Numbered from the stretch's first letter, positions 1 to 15,489 are shown. The stretch: 64,000 nucleotides of DNA from Mustelus asterias (GCF_964213995.1 NC_135812.1:33170001-33234000); one strand, 5' to 3'. Numbers and translations: made by a program. Notes: generated from the letters alone by a model not told the origin.

Positions 1-800
1 CAAGCATAGAGATAAAATAAATTAGCGATGCTCGAGAAAATAGCCGACCCGAGTATGTGGAGAAATGTGAAATTATTCATTTGAGTAGGAAGAATAGAAA
101 AGCATTTTTTTTCAAAAGTGAGAGACTAATTAATGTCGCTTTTCAGAGGGTTTTAGGATCTGTAAATCACAAAAAATTAACATGTAGATACGGAAAAAAA
201 TTGGGAAGAGAAATGGTCTATTAGACTTTATTACAAGGGGATTGGAAACTTGCTGCAATTATAGAAAGTATTGGTGAGACCACATTTTGAGTACTGTCTA
301 CAATTTTGGCCTCCTTACCTCAGGAAGGATATGCTTGCCTTAGTGAGGGGTGCCAGAAAGGTTTGCTAGATTGATTCTTGGGATGAGAGGATTGTCCAAT
401 TAAGAGAGACCATGAAGACTAAGCCCATATTTTCTAGAATTTACAAGGATGAGAGGCAATTTCATTAAAACATAAAGATTCCTAATGGGCTTGACAGGGT
501 AAATGCTGAGAGGCTGTTTCAACAGGCTGGAGAATCTTGAATTAGAGAACATAGTCTCAGGATAAGAGAGATGGTGATTCAGGACTGGAATGAGGATTCT
601 AAGACTTTGAAAGTTTCAAAGGGCTGTAGATGCTCAGTTGATAAGTACATTCAAGACTAACGTTGAAAGTTTTTGGGCACGAAGGAATGTGGGAGCAGAG
701 TGGGAAAGTGGAACTGATGTAGAAGTTCAGCCATGATTTTACTGAATGGTAGAACAGGCTCAATGAGCTGTATGACCTATAGATACTCTTATTTCTTATG
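1..800 (+). mobile_element. Degenerate 3' fragment of a CR1-type LINE
   Basis: Decayed CR1 ORF2 C-terminal motifs (ttggtgagaccacattttgagtactgt, RPHLEYC-like) followed by a CR1-style 3' UTR (cagccatgat...gaatggtagaacaggctc); no intact ORF. Confidence 0.75.
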
Positions 801-2435
801 TTCTTAGCCCAAACAGTGAGACGTGGCAGAGTATTTTACACCAATAGCCAAACCCAATTGTACCTTCAGTTGATGTTCACACAGACACCTCCTAACATTG
901 AATGTTTTCAAGAGTTGGATATAACTCTTGCACGAAAGGGACCAAAGGATATGGGGGAAGGTGGGATCAAGCTATTGAGTTGGATGATCAGCCATGGATC
1001 ATACTGAATGATGAAGCAGGCCTGAATGGCCTACTCCTGCTCCTATTTTCTTTGTTTCTATGATATTGAATTGAAAACAGCATGTTGTACCACCTTGTTA
1101 GGCTAGAACACTCTGACCTATTGCAACAGCTCCACTTGTATCCCAGTTAATTCTGCACTAACCAAGAACTGAATTTGGGCACTCTGATCTATTTAGTTCA
1201 CCAACACTGAACTGAATAACTGAGTCATCAGGAAGTATGAGTGATTGTGCAATCCATTAGCACCGACAGTATGAGAGACCTTGTGACTAAATTTCATAGT
1301 TATCAATCTGATCACTTGCTCACATTTTTATCAAGATTCTACAATTGGTCACTGTACCATGGATTAGGGAGCAGAACATAAGTCTGGTCTCATTCTCCTA
1401 ATCGAATGCTGGAGCTAGGGAAGAGAGCTTTTTCCCGTTACCGGCCTTTTCTTCATAAACTCCACTAATGCAGCTAAAAATACAGCAAAATATCAATGTG
1501 GTACATGGAACAAACATGTCCACCACCTTCAGGATATTGGTGTGTTAAAGGCTCAACAAGGAGATCTACAACTAGAAGTCAAGCTTTCGCCCCCACATTC
1601 TCCTCCCGCTGCAACGGAAATCCATTGCATCAGGACCAATTCAAAAAATTAAAATGCTGCCCTGACACCCACTCAGCATTCCCTAGTGGGAAAACACTAA
1701 CTTGCTATTAAATCCGGTGTGTTGCCTTACCTCAGCTAATTCCCCTGCCAGAAATGTTAAAAAGCCAAATGAACCCAAAATATTAGGTTCTGTAAGGCAA
1801 CAGGAACATACTTCATAATAATCAATCTTTCTATCTCCAGGCACACTCCTCCGCTCTCTGGAGGAAGAATTATCCCTCCCCTCATCCTGCTTAAAGTGAC
1901 CACAGGAATAGCTGTCCTTCCGCTGAGCTGCTGCACACTCAAGCTTTTCCCTCATGTCCCACCCATATCAACCACTGGAAGCCTCTGTCCATTTCTTTGC
2001 AAGGACACTACCCTAAACATCAACCACCCAGATCAGAAAGCCAACAACCCTTCTCACTACGTCACCTATTTACCAATCTTCTAAAGAATGATGCTATGTC
2101 CATAGGACAGTGAATAATCCTCAGGCAACACCTGCACAGCTATATAAATCTGCCCATCAAGAAAAATAAACAGAACGTTCACAATATCCACAGCACAACC
2201 CATGGAAAGCCTTTGGTGGCATCAAAACTCTCCTAAGCAAAAGCATAAAAGATAGAAAACTAGATCTAAAAATCTTAAAACCATGATGCAAACCTTCCCA
2301 CCTCCTGCAAAGTGCAGACAACAGGAGACATATGAACTCAAATAAAGCGAACAGCAATGTTGCTGTGTTAGATCACAATACCGCAATCAGGACCATTCCA
2401 TCATTTATGTTCCCAGACCTGGTCTAAAGTATTCC

Positions 2436-2569
2436 TGATGTGGAGATGCCGGCGTTGGACTGGGGTAAACACAGTAAGAAGTTTAACAACACCAGGTTAA
2501 AGTCCAACACCAGGTTTTTGCTACCAAATAAACCTGTTGGACTTTAACCTGATGTTGTTAAACTTCTTA
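2436..2569. mobile_element. Short Penelope-derived inverted-repeat insertion
   Basis: Penelope terminal sequence (tgatgtggagatgccggcgttggactgggg...aaagtccaaca) followed by its reverse complement; flanked by the 12-bp direct repeat ctaaagtattcc (2424-2435 and 2570-2581). Confidence 0.85.
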
Positions 2570-3280
2570 CTAAAGTATTCCAGTCATGGCTGAAACCACA
2601 ACCTCCAATGGTCAGCTTAAAAAGCAAATACGTCTTAACAGTAACCAAACCAGCAGGCATAAGAGAAACAACAAAATGATCATGGGAAATTTCCTACTTC
2701 TCATGCTCAACATAGGACTGAACATCTAGTAGGGTCCTGTGTCAGAGAGAAAGAAATTTTGGACCAGAGAGGTCTGGGTAAGGAGAGATGGGAGGGGGAA
2801 TTAAGCATGTTCATTGGGATGTATAAACATCTACCTTGCACTTGCTGAGGATGCCTGAAAAGATGAATAGAAGGGAGTGCAACATAAATTAAGCCCTTGA
2901 GCTTGGTGTCGCAACCAAGGACAATGTCACCTCACTCCACCCCACCCTTAAAAACAACTTCTGGCTGTTTGGCACTTAGAACTTCAGACTGCTCGATGGA
3001 CCTTCCTCAAGATAGTCACCTTCAAGTCAATAAATCCCCATCATCACCAACATTAAAATAGCTTAATTACCCAATTATAAAGGAAATGTATTAGCTTAAG
3101 ATAGTACAGATGTGGGCTTCCTACAGGAAACAGTAGCACCATATTTCTTTAGCACTTTTAATGTAAAAAAATGCTATTTCGATCCTTTGAGGAAAAGCAA
3201 AAGTAGTATGATGGCTGATGTAAAGTTTACGTTTTTATATTACACTCTTCTATCCCAAATGGAGCCCTCCAAATTGATCA

Positions 3281-3376
<96 letters not shown>

Positions 3377-4964
3377 CTACAGGAGGAAAGCAATAATTAA
3401 CTCAAAATTAAGAATCCATAATTTAAGTATCTGACAATCTCATAAATGCTTTTAATTGTGAGAGTTGACCAAATTCATTAAACCAAATGGTTCATAAATT
3501 ATATTGGAAGAAGAAATTCAGTGTGAGGTATCATGCAAACTGATAATTTAGTTTGCAAAGGCGACTGGAAAAAAACCATCATCACATATTTAATTGGCAC
3601 ACATGAGTATCTAAGACAGAAATATTACTCTTAAATTGCTTAGAGATCATTTTAATCCAGTTGGAGTTACTTAAATTAAGATTTACTTGGAGTGCATGCT
3701 TATTCATGCCTTGACTTTTCAGGTTTCTTTTGAGGCCTATTCACTTGCCATTTTCCCCCACAAGTTAAATTACTTTCTTCTCCCTGAGCACAGCTAACAG
3801 TTTGCATGTCAACAGATGGAGGTAAAGCCTGCTTAAAGCTACCAACAATATTACTGTTGCCCGCCAGCTATAACTCCCTGCTTCTATTTTCCTTACTACT
3901 GTCTCTCCAAGTAGGAGACAGCTTAGCACACCAGATCTGAAAATGAACAAATCTTTCCAGCATACATGGACTGAACAATACCACACCATGTCACTAACTA
4001 TTGGTAATGCAGACGCACAATTCTGCTGCTCTTTGAGCTTTATTTCCAACCATTAAAGCCTTCATTCTCCTGTACCTTCCTCTATTGTAATCAACACTAG
4101 CTGATATTAAAGCAGTGACCAAACAACTTATTTGATCCAAATTGATAGTTGCTCCTGTCTTTAGATTTCTGCAAAATACTGACTACAATGTTTCAAGTCT
4201 CCAGATTTGGATAACTGGAAAAAGCTGTCCCCTCATTGGTGAATGTTGGTCAATCAGACCAACTTTTACCTATAAGCCTGGAAATTTTCAAGCGTTGAAA
4301 CATTTCTCCCACTTTCATACTGTCTTAGTTGTTAATAGTCTATTTCAACTATTCTCTGTTGTCCTACCCTTTTTTTTAAAACGCCATCCTCTGACATTTA
4401 GTTCTTTCATTTTCCTCATCTCATTCTTTCCCTATCTTCCTACCCCTTTTCTGATCACTGCCTCGCTTCTCAATCACTTGGTGGCCATTTTAAATTGATA
4501 ACCCTATTTTGCATAGGAGACAGCCTTTTCCTATACAAAACCCTTCATAATTTTAAATACATGTATTAAATCACCTTTTAGCCTTCCCTTTTCCAGTGAA
4601 AATACTCTCGGATTACAAGTCTGTCCTCAGAAGTACGTGTCTCAGCTAACCATTTTGTACTGTTCAATTTCCATGGTTTAATATAATATTTTTAAAATAG
4701 GCTGTCCAAAAATGCAAGTGTTCTAACCACCACCAAGTACAAAATTATCATTTTGCTCTTGACTGCTAAACACCAAATTATGAAAACCAAAACACATGGC
4801 TTAATTTGCCTGCACTCATATCAATAAATTATAGACTGGATCCTTATAGTGCTCCTCTCTTCAGCCACATCTACATTTTTGTATTAAATGTTGGCCAATT
4901 TCCTGTCTTTTCTCCCATTGCAAATTACCCAAATGTACATTAATTGCATTTGCCACCTGGATCG

Positions 4965-5278
4965 TAGAATACAATCCCACAGTACAGAAGGAGGCCATTC
5001 AGTCCATCAAGTTTGTACCGACCACAATCCCATCCAGGCCCTATTCCCGTAACCCCGCACATTTACCCTAGCTAATTCCCCAACGCTAGTGTCAACTTAC
5101 CATGGCCAATCAACCTAACCAGCACATCATTGGACTTTGGGAGGAAACCGGAGCACCCGGAGGAAGCCCACGCAGACACGGGAGAAAGTGCAAACTCCAC
5201 ACAGACAGTGACCCAGAATTGAACTTGGGTCTCTGGCACTGTAAGGCAGCAGTGCTAACCACTGTTCCACCATGCCGC
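4965..5278 (-). mobile_element. HE1-type tRNA-derived SINE (V-domain)
   Basis: On the minus strand: ggcggcatggtggaacagtggttagcactgctgcc head, V-domain core tttgcactttctcccgtgtctgcgtggg...cctccgggtgctccggtttcctccc, and a LINE-like tail. Confidence 0.85.
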
Positions 5279-8154
5279 CAACTGTGCTGCCCATCTCTCT
5301 GCCTACTCTAACTTAAATCCATTTGAATTATCTTATCATTGTCCCTCACTGTTCGTCAAAACTCCACTTTTCTGTCATCAACAAATTTGACATAGTGCAT
5401 CCAAAGCAAACCTTTTACCGACAAGGGAACAAAAGCGGACTTGGCCCTGACAGTGGGGCACGCCACCAGCAGCCCATTTTCAGTCCAAGCAATGGCCAGT
5501 AACTCGAGCTCTTTACTTCCTGTCTGTCGACCAACTTTGTCTCTATGTTGATACATCATCCCCTTTTCAGCCATCGTCTGAACTTGTGCAACAAAACTCC
5601 TATGACAGGCCTTATCAAACCCCTTCTGAAAACCTATCTTTACTACAACACATTTCATCTATCAAATCATCCACTTCTTTAAAAACAAGTTTAAATTTGT
5701 CTCCATTCTTTTCTATTGTTAAGTCTATGATATACTTCAACAGTGTGATCAAATGTTTAATTAAATTCAAAGGGATTTTATTTGGACCATTTTTCCACTC
5801 AAATCATTACAATATTTCTATAATTAATATCACTACTCTTCTGTACTCTGTTCCTTTCCGTCCCTCCTGGAAGCTTTGCATTCAGGTATCAGGTCAGGTT
5901 CAGTAATTGCTACTGTATCATGACTTTCTACTTTAAGCAATTGCTCCTATCCCCCAATTTTGTTACTCACTTTGTATTAAGACATTTTACTTTAGGGTTA
6001 CCCTGATTAGACAAATTTGCCTTGCTATGCTTTTCCAGGTTTAACTTTGTTTTAATTATCTGATCCTATTCAAACACATTTAGCCTTTCTACTGCCTCTT
6101 TATCTATATTTAACACATGCACTGCTTTCTAAGCTGCCTACTTTTGTCCTCTCCCTTACCCTTGATATAACCCTTCACCACAGCTCTAGCTAACCAGATT
6201 GTGGAGACAGAGGCCCTAGTTCTGTTCCAGTCTGAGGCATCTCATCAAGAGTACAGCTAAACCAAACCTCAGGAAATTGAACCCTTCCTTCCTACATCAG
6301 GCCTACAGCCACTCATTTACCTTCCTAATCATATTGTTCTTTGGTTTGCTAATATGTGGCAGTAAACACAAAATTACCTTTGACGTTGTGCTTCTTAATC
6401 CAGCTTCTAACAAATATCTTTCATTACTTATTTTCCTCCAAATTATTGGTTCCAACAGGAACAATAATTTTCAGTTAGTTTCCTGTCCTCTCCAAAAATT
6501 CTGCATCAACTCTTATGTCCCTTAACTGGATTGCTGGTGACACCACAAAGAACTCCGTCCACTCTCTGGGGGGAGTTTCCCACTACCACTGTGTTCCTAC
6601 CTAATTCTCTCTTCTTTGGATAATCACTTTTTCCGACTGAACAGTGCAATTTGTCTCCAATTGTGCCACAAGTTCAGTATTTTTGAGCTCAAATCAGCCC
6701 ATTTAATAACTTTTCTATATATGTGACTGACCTGGACAATCAATTCCAGAAAGTCCTATATCATGGAAAGTTTGGTGGAACATAGTTCCACTATCTGAAA
6801 CTGAACTTCAGTATCAAACTCCTGGAGTCTCTCAGCTGCTTCTTGCTCTGCCGACCTCTCGGAGCTCGATTGCTTCTCACTTGTACAATCTAGTCAGCAT
6901 ACATACTCATGATCCTTACTGCCCCTTTCTTATCTGAGTTTAAATCAAAGTTATGTAACTTATCTTTAGTACAGTGGTGGAAAAGTTTTATATGTTTCAC
7001 CAGTATTCACACTGCGCCCCTAGATTCAAAAGACATAAAAACATGCTGATGGGGAGAAAATCCTAGTAGGTAGAGAAAATTTTAAACCCTTAGGCATTTA
7101 AGACACTAACAGAGCTACCAGCACTGAATCAAATGACTCTACATAAGCTAACAAGGGAACAGTTTACACACGTGAATGCAGTAAAAGATCTAAACAAATG
7201 ATTGTGATTTAAACGTCTATTTTGATATTTTAAATGTATTAACTGTATTTTATAAAGTAATTGTGCATTTTAGCCAAGAGCAGGTTGATGCAAGGTGTGA
7301 TGGTATCAGGACAAACAGACAGAACCACATTCTTAGAAAACAATGAAAATTCAGAATGTGCAAGTTCTTATCAATGAGAGTTGCTAACAGCAGAGTTCTC
7401 AAGGCAGCTTCTCGAATAGGATTAATTCACTGCTCAGATAAGACAATGCCTTCTCAGACATGAGAACACGCATTTGTCTGGCTTGGCCGGTGACATGGTG
7501 AAAACTGGTGGGAATATTAATTGACCTTTGTAGCTCAGCGGCTGAGGTTGCTAAGCAATAGAGGAAGTTGAGTCAGCAATAGGGAGAGGAAGCATCCGGA
7601 TTTTACAGACCAATTAAATCCCATTATGTCAGAGGGTAAAATACAATTAGCGAAAGTATGTGACAGGTGTTATTAATGATTTATGTGTACTGAACATGGT
7701 TGATTCAAAGTTAATGAAAGGCGGGAGAAGTTGATAAGAGAAATCTATAATTGATCTATCCTAAGCTTTGTATGTCAGAGTTATTGGATAGGTCAAGCTG
7801 CTCTCGTCCAGATCGCTGGTCAAATGAAAGTTTTGTCTTTAAACTGGGACACCGGCTTTCGTGAGTCTTTGTATTGGCTGAAGTTTCAGCGATACAAGGT
7901 CTCTGGGGAACCCCGCTAACACATGTGCAGTCCAGCAACCAGATGTTTAACAGTAAAATCCAATCAGATTTGGAGGTGCTCTGGTGCCACAGATATTTAC
8001 ACATCACCTTACAGCTTTCAGGTCATTGATAAGGACTGCTCAAAAACATTGCAGGTACATATATCAAAAATAAACCAACCCTTTTCTGTTAAAACTTCTT
8101 CTGAAAACAAAATCTGTGGAAGAAAAACACAAAATAATTTTTGTGGGCACAGAC

Positions 8155-8277
8155 CTGTAGGAAGAAAAGGTGCTGCGTGATTTCCTGGACAAGCTCTTCT
8201 TCTACTTTCTCAGGATAAAACTTAGCCAGGAAATGAAACGTGATTGGATCCTCCTTAGGAACCTCTTGGTCCAACAC
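8155..8277 (-). CDS. NF2: NF2/merlin-like coding exon 3
   Basis: 123 nt, AG/GT flanked, encodes [41 protein letters not shown]. Confidence 0.95.
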
Positions 8278-10389
8278 CTATTTACGGAAATATAGCATTA
8301 AATAAATTCCTCTTATTCACTTAGAGAAAATCTTACCATCAATACTTATCTCAAAGGCTAACTAATGTGAAGAATTAAAATTATTTTTTCTTCAAAAGCA
8401 GCACTGTTGCACAATATTGAGAATATTTAAGCTTGTGACAGAAATTCAGCACAGTTAGAGATACTGTAAATTTCATATCGCATCTACGCCAGCAAATGGA
8501 GGTGTAAAAATGCAATCAAGTATTCTGTCACAGGAAGGGGAAACACAAGAGTGAAATAGGCAATCACTCATTCTAATATATGCGATCAAGCAGATGGCTA
8601 TCAAGTCATAGGATATCACCAACCTATCTTCTTGTGATAGCGATAGGTGTTAAGGGAGAGGAGAAAACTTCATTTACAAGTAGAAAAAATATGGTTCTTG
8701 TTGGAACATATTTTGTTTAAATAATAAATGCTGATTAAATGGCAAATCCTCAAGTGTGAAAAGCAGTACTGTGATGGAGTTGAATTAACTTACACCAATA
8801 TTGAAATAGCACTAATACTTCTTTTATAGTTAACTGTGCTGGAAAATTAAATAATTTTTAAACCAAATAAGGCTTTTTTACAATCAGCTCTGGACTAGTA
8901 AGATTCCATACACGTCTTAGCTAATTTAGAGCTTAACTGCAAGAAATAGACTGACGTCTCCATTATTGATGCACTTCAAGTGTTATCATAACTGTTTTCA
9001 TTATTCAGGAAAATGAATCATCCTCTTATTCAATGGGTTTTATCTAACTTGCAACATCACTGCTTTTCTAACAGCAAATGGAAAATAATGCAAGCACAAA
9101 TGTTTCACCTACTAATGCACGTTTACTTTATGTTTCTTTCTTAATTAGTTCACCTGCAGAAAAGCACTGAACAAAACTTATGAACCATAAACATTGCACG
9201 TGGAAGGATAAGAAAAAGTGTGGGTGAGTACCCATATTCTTAAATTTGGTTGCTATTTTTTGGGAACTGGTCATGAAGACAATAAGCTCTCTACCAAAAG
9301 TGTATAAAGAAAACAAGAGCTCCAGCTCACTCATCATCAAATCATCGGCCCTATGATTTATTTCCTAGCCACTGGAAAACACATACAGAAATTCTTCTGC
9401 CTGTACATCTCACCAGCATAGAATCTTGGAATAGCAAGGCTCCAATACTTACCTTATTTACACTGCAGTCATCTCTCCACTATCACTGCTTCAACTGCAA
9501 AGACAGTAAATCAGTGACAGTAGTGTGTGTGGCTGGAGCAGCATCTTCACCCGGGCTTGGACACAATTATTGGGTTTGGAAACATTTCCATTTCCACAGA
9601 GGAAAACCTTTTGTAAGTCTTTTTATTTGACTAGTAACACTTTTTAATTTAAAAAAAGATTCTTTTAACCAGTTTTTAAGGCTTCTAAAAGTATAAACCA
9701 GCGAGATTGGCAGCTTGTAACTGGGTTCTGACAAGAGATCATTGCCCTGAAACACTAATCCTACTTTCTTCTCCCTCCCCTATCTCTGAGTGTTTTCAGC
9801 ACCATTTTGATTTCTATTACTGTTTCACATCTCTCCCACTGGAATTTTATTATTGATGTTTAAAACTTACCGTGCCGTTACCAACTGGTTTCTAACTAAT
9901 GTTATTATGGACACCAGTAGTCAAGCTATTGGGATTGATTATAATAGCTGTTATTCTTCCCATATTACAATAAAAAATAGTTGGAATCCACTCATTGTTA
10001 AGATGATGTTTATGAACCACACATTTGTCACAGTTTCTGGCACTGTCCAAAGTTGTCAACTGTTCTAAAGCTTTTGAAAAACATAAGCCATTTTTTAAAA
10101 AATTCTTTAAAACAATTCAAGACTGAATAGTGATTTTATATACCTATTCATCTGTATAAATAATTCTGCTCTCACTGAATTCAACCCTCCATTATAAAAG
10201 AAAATAAGCTTTTTCTTAAAACAACATTTTCTTAAAACATAAAATCTATGGAACTCACTGATACGTTGTTCATTAGTTTGAGATTTAAAATTACAACTTT
10301 TAATCTAAAGGCATTTTCAGATTTAACAAGAAACATGTCTCTTGATTTCTGCAAATTGCAAATTTCAAAATTAAATTAAATCCTCATAC

Positions 10390-10515
10390 CCTTTTCTCCA
10401 TTTTTAGCCAAGCATATGTATCTTTTACAATATATCGTAACCCAAAGAACCAAGTTTCACGCAGTCCAATTGTTCGGCACACCAAGTCAAACAAATCCTT
10501 CCCTTTCCATTTCAC
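10390..10515 (-). CDS. NF2: NF2/merlin-like coding exon 2
   Basis: 126 nt, AG/GT flanked, encodes [42 protein letters not shown]. Confidence 0.95.
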
Positions 10516-10786
10516 CTAGAAAATGAAAAACAAAAGAATTTAAAATACAAATTTGTAATAATGATCTTACTTTTGAAATTAAATAAGATATGCATGTCTT
10601 AGTCTGGTCAACTAATCTTGGGCTAGTAAAGATTAAGTGATTGAGGCACCCCCTCTAGCTCAGTAGACAAGAATACTGACCTATGTAGTACAAGATTTTT
10701 AACAATTGGGAAGATCCCTTATTCAACCCTCATTCAGACTTAACATAGCTGATCGCACCCAGAGTGAAATCACAAATAACCTCCAT

Positions 10787-11106
10787 GGGCAGCACGGTGG
10801 CACAGTGGTTAGCACTGTTGTCTCACAGCGCCAGGGACCCGGGTTTGATTCCCGGTTGGGGTCACTAGCTGTGTGGATTTTGCACATTCTCCCCGTGTGC
10901 GCGTGGGTTTCCTCCAGGTGCTCTGGTTTCCTTCCACAGTCCAAAGAAGTGCGGGTTAGGTTGATTGGCCATGTTAAATTGCCCTTAAGTGTCAGGGAGA
11001 CTAGCCAGAGTAAATGCATGGGGTAATGGGGATAACGCCTGGGTGGTCGGTGCAGACTCGATGGGCCAAATGGCCTCCTTCTGCACTGTAGGATTCCATG
11101 ATTCTA
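10787..11106 (+). mobile_element. HE1-type SINE, full length
   Basis: gggcagcacggtggcacagtggttagcactg head with A/B-box-like motifs (gggtttgattcc), V-domain core, tail gatgggccaaatggcctccttctgcactgtaggattcc. Confidence 0.9.
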
Positions 11107-12996
11107 GGTCCCTGGGTACAAAAGGAAGAGGAGGAGCAGGAGGACCTAACCATACTACCCAATAACCAAGCTGATACTGCTATTCATTACCAAGTTGAGA
11201 TGCCCACTATCCAGAAACCAATTGTACTCAATTTCCCTACCAGAAAGTATAATGTTTAGGTGTTTGATAAGGCAGGACCCGATCACCACACTGCTGAAAT
11301 GCCTCGTTAATCATTAGCATATTACTAAGAGCTGTCAGCACTGCAAAAGCATATCTCAGCATGAATCACATCACCTCCAGATTGAAGGGGATAAAAGTAA
11401 AAAAAAGCTTGGAGAAGAAGGGCTAACAATATAGTAACTGGCTGAATTTTGTTAGGACAAGACAGATGTATATATAAATGCAGAAGCTTTTCGAAAAATC
11501 TAACACTTCTGGAGAAATTGAAAACAAACACCTGCAGTTCAGATCACCATGCCTAGCTTCTTTTGACATAGATATGTTGTAAAGTTAGTGCAAACTGATT
11601 TTTGTCACAGTATTATAAACAGTTAGGAATCTGAAACTCTCTTATGTAGGATTTGAACAAAAGGTCAAAGGCAACCTGGAGAAAACAATATGCATTCTGA
11701 AAGAATCGTGCTATTATTTTACTTTGGAAGGATGTTCAGAATAATAGTCGTGAATTTAAACATGTTTAAGAACCATTATTGCATACTGTTACAGATATAT
11801 TCTGAAAAATTGAAAAGATAAAATCAGTTTAATCATCTGAAGCTGTTTTAAGACGGACACTAAGAAATGCATAATCGATCGTAAATAAAGTCTGACCATT
11901 GATACACTAGGTAAGAAGCGCCTGTAGGATCTGTACTTAATTTTATGTCTCTTCTAAAAATTGTCACTTCTGACAAAGGAGTACTCCTTAGCATTGCATT
12001 TTGTGTTCAAATCTCAGGAGTGGAGCTGAATCAACATTCTCACAAAAAAGTGCTGCGAAACAGAGATATAGACATTTCAGGCCACTGTGCATCCACAGTG
12101 ATTATCAAAATGCTCCCCCTCAATTTAATAGAAAAACTGTTTGTTTCCTAAAGCTCTTCAATAGTGGCTGGTGCCTACGAACTGAATTGTAGGAGATCTT
12201 TTCGTCCTTCTTTCCGTATGTGAAGTACAAAAGACCAAGTTGAAGTAAAAACGATCTTGCATTTGTATTGCACTTTTAACATCCTCAGAATGCCCCAAAG
12301 TGCTTTACAGCCAATGAGTTATTTTTAAACTATAGTCACAATTGCTGTGCAAGCAGACAAACCCAGAAAACACTGGAATACACAACATATCTAGAACGAG
12401 ACCGGAAAGTTAATACTTTGGATGCAATCCATTGTCAGAAGTTGAATATTTTTAAAATTCTCTTAGTTGCACATTTCTATCATTTCATCTGTGTTTTCAT
12501 TTAATAAAGTTATATCTAAGGTTCAGAATCAACATCAGAAAGAATATTCTTCCCCATTCTGCTTAGTACAGTATACCCACTTTTTAAACCCAGCATTAGC
12601 AAACAAATGAAGAAAAGTAGATCCCAAGTTTTCCGGAACTGTGACCATTAATTTTACACTGGATCATTAATCGTGCAAGCTTGAGATAAGGAATGGGCTA
12701 GTTTCGTTACTGCTGCTTAAACATAATTCCTTTGTGCTTTTTGCATGCTAAACCAGTGAGTTTCCTTAGCAGACTTTCCATGAGCCTCTTTCTATAATTA
12801 CAAAATGTCACTTAAGTATGTTAGTAACATTCTCAACTATATCACAAAATGTTGGTTTAAGCTCCATTCCAGAGATCTGAGCACAAAAGCTGGGGCTATA
12901 CGTCAATGCAATACTAAGGAGAGCTGCATTGTCAGAAGTGACAGTTGTCAGATGAGGCATTAAACAGGCAAGACAAAAACAAACTTTCTCTCCTAC

Positions 12997-13086
12997 CTCA
13001 CAGCTGAATTCCATCTCTGCATCCATGGTAATAACCTTAACTTTGAAGGTTTTAGGTTGTTTCTTCTTTAAGCCCATTATCGACAT
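12997..13086 (-). CDS. NF2: NF2/merlin-like first coding exon
   Basis: ATG at 13086, encodes [30 protein letters not shown], then GTAGGA donor. A CAG acceptor at 13126-13128 puts the exon start at 13125, and the 39-nt UTR has in-frame stops. Confidence 0.95.
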
Positions 13087-15489
13087 TTTGCTTCTAAATC
13101 CTTTGACCGTCCCCTATGATTAAACCTGACAATTGAAAGCGCAGTATTAATGCCACGATCATAGCACATATAAGAAACTTACACTAAACATGTAAAGTTA
13201 ATAAAGTTAGTTTATAATACAGTAAAATCTACCAGCTTTTCTGACAAGGTGATCCACCTATGTTTACATATAATAGCCTCCCTCCATACATCTTTTGCTA
13301 ATGGTGTTCTGTGCTAACCACCAGGAGGTATGTGAGTGTCCACCTCCATTTCAATTCTTCTGTCATATACTCGTACTCAGTGGCTCTGTAACAAATCTTG
13401 CAGAGTCAGAGGTCTCTACTCCTGGGGAATCTATATCTATAGAAGTTCCATTTGTCCAATCTGGAGTGCATGTTCTCTTCTCATTGAGAAATGCCCAATT
13501 TTTCAAGAGCTTCAGCCCAGGTTGGGCCTCAACTCAAGGAGGTCCATTGTGTGCAATCCTAAATATCTCAGGTTATCGTTACCGATGGCTCCAATGTTCG
13601 ACGTCGGAATGCAATCTCTATCTGCTTATGGTGTAGTTCTATTCAAATGAATTTCAGAATCGTTACAGCACAGAGGGAAACCATCTGACCCATCTTGCCT
13701 GCACCAGCTCTCCAAATGAGCAACTGACATAGTTCCATTCTCCTGTCTTCTCCCCACAGCCCTGCACATTGTTTCTTTTCAAATAACAGTCCAATTCCCT
13801 TTTGAATGCTTTAATTGAACCTGCCTCCACCACTCACGCAGGCAGTGTATTCCAGACCCTAAATCACTCACTGCATGAAGTTTTTTCTCATTTTTCTATT
13901 GCTTCTTTTACTGACTTTTTTAAATTTGTGTCCTCTTGTTTTCGATCTGCTCACTAGTGGAAACAGTGTCTCCCTATCTACTCTGTCCAGACTCCTCATG
14001 ATTTTGAATACCTCTATCAAATCTAACAGCATGAAAAGGGGAGTAAAGTAGAATCATGAAGGCCTTCTGATCACACAAAGACTAGCCCTTCAACTTGGGG
14101 TTATTACTTTGCTTGACAGCTATTTGTGAATCGTTTCTATAAAGGGGCAGGGACCTTGATCAGATGGAAACGCTTTGCAACTGACAGCTTGTTGGCAGGG
14201 ATTCATCCCACAGGCTTAATTCTGAGGTCCATAAAGAGAAATGCATGGACTGTAAAGGCAGATAACATATTTGCAACAAATGTTAAATGATTTTTAAAGT
14301 TCCAGGGCAGTCCGATAACAATTAGGTTAGTCTGAGGGTTACAAAAAATGGTTACCATGAGCGAGAAAGTCAACTTTTTTGTTTTATAAATCAAACATTG
14401 TAGAGAAATATATCTCACTGTGAAAACTATGCATGTGTTCATTTATCCAACTCGAAAATAAAACTATTTGTTGCTTTGAAGTCAGTGTCTGAATTCAGTG
14501 GATTGCTTATCCAATTTACTGTCAAGAAAGAGAATTCACATGATACATTCCAGGAATCAGTGAATGGAGTAAGGGTTCTCTAGAACAATTCTTAGATCAA
14601 ACATCATCTAAATAGATATGGAAAAAGAAGAGGTGCACTACAGATCGTTTAGGATGTGAGCTGTAGGAGGGGGCTGGTGACATGAACTAAAAAAAAAATC
14701 CAGTGCGAAAATTACGTCAAAGCAACTAAATGGAAAATCCAAATAGGGAGCCCAATGACTTGAAAGCTTTTCTAATGTCTATTTATATTTTCTCTTGCAG
14801 TATGACTAAATCTCAAACTGTTTCAACTTAAAACAACTAATATTTATCTATGAACAATATTGTTACAGATCTCAGAAAAACATTCACCCTAAACACAGCA
14901 AGTGTCATGTTTGGAGTCTGGGTGATCTCTTTGCTTTCAGGATCTGAAGAAGAATGAGAGAAATGTGTTTCAAGAGCACAGGATGGCAAACAACAAGAAA
15001 GGATAAGGTGATGTGGGCAACTTTATGATGATCATAATAGCTCAGGGTGAAGCTGAAAGAGGCTTGGGATTTGAACATTCAAGATTTCCAACTAATGCAA
15101 GAGCTGCAATAAAAAAGAAACTATGTTGGAAACTCTACAGAGCTGCAATCAATAAAGGTAATAAAATGTTGAACAGTATAGGAAAAGCATAAAACACAAG
15201 TCAGTGGAAGTCATCACACTATGCAGTGCTCTGGTCAGACAGTATCTTAACCATCCTATTCAGCCTGGAAAAATACTCAAACACCGGAAATGGTAAAGAA
15301 TAGAATAGCAAACTTGGGCTCTCAAGCCAAACGTCTGAATTGAGTAACTGACTGAAGAAACTTCAGTGTTTCAGCCTGAAAAATGCTGAGAATTGATCCT
15401 ATGGTGATGTATGAGATGATTAATGGAACAGAAAAGGTAAATCAAGAACATTACTTCAAATTAACTTGGACAAGGGGGCACAAGTTAAA

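Noticed and set aside
10787-10860. tRNA genes at SINE heads (also near 5250, 27720, 40400 and 42890)
   Set aside because: These tRNA-like heads run straight into V-domain SINE bodies and do not form a full cloverleaf.
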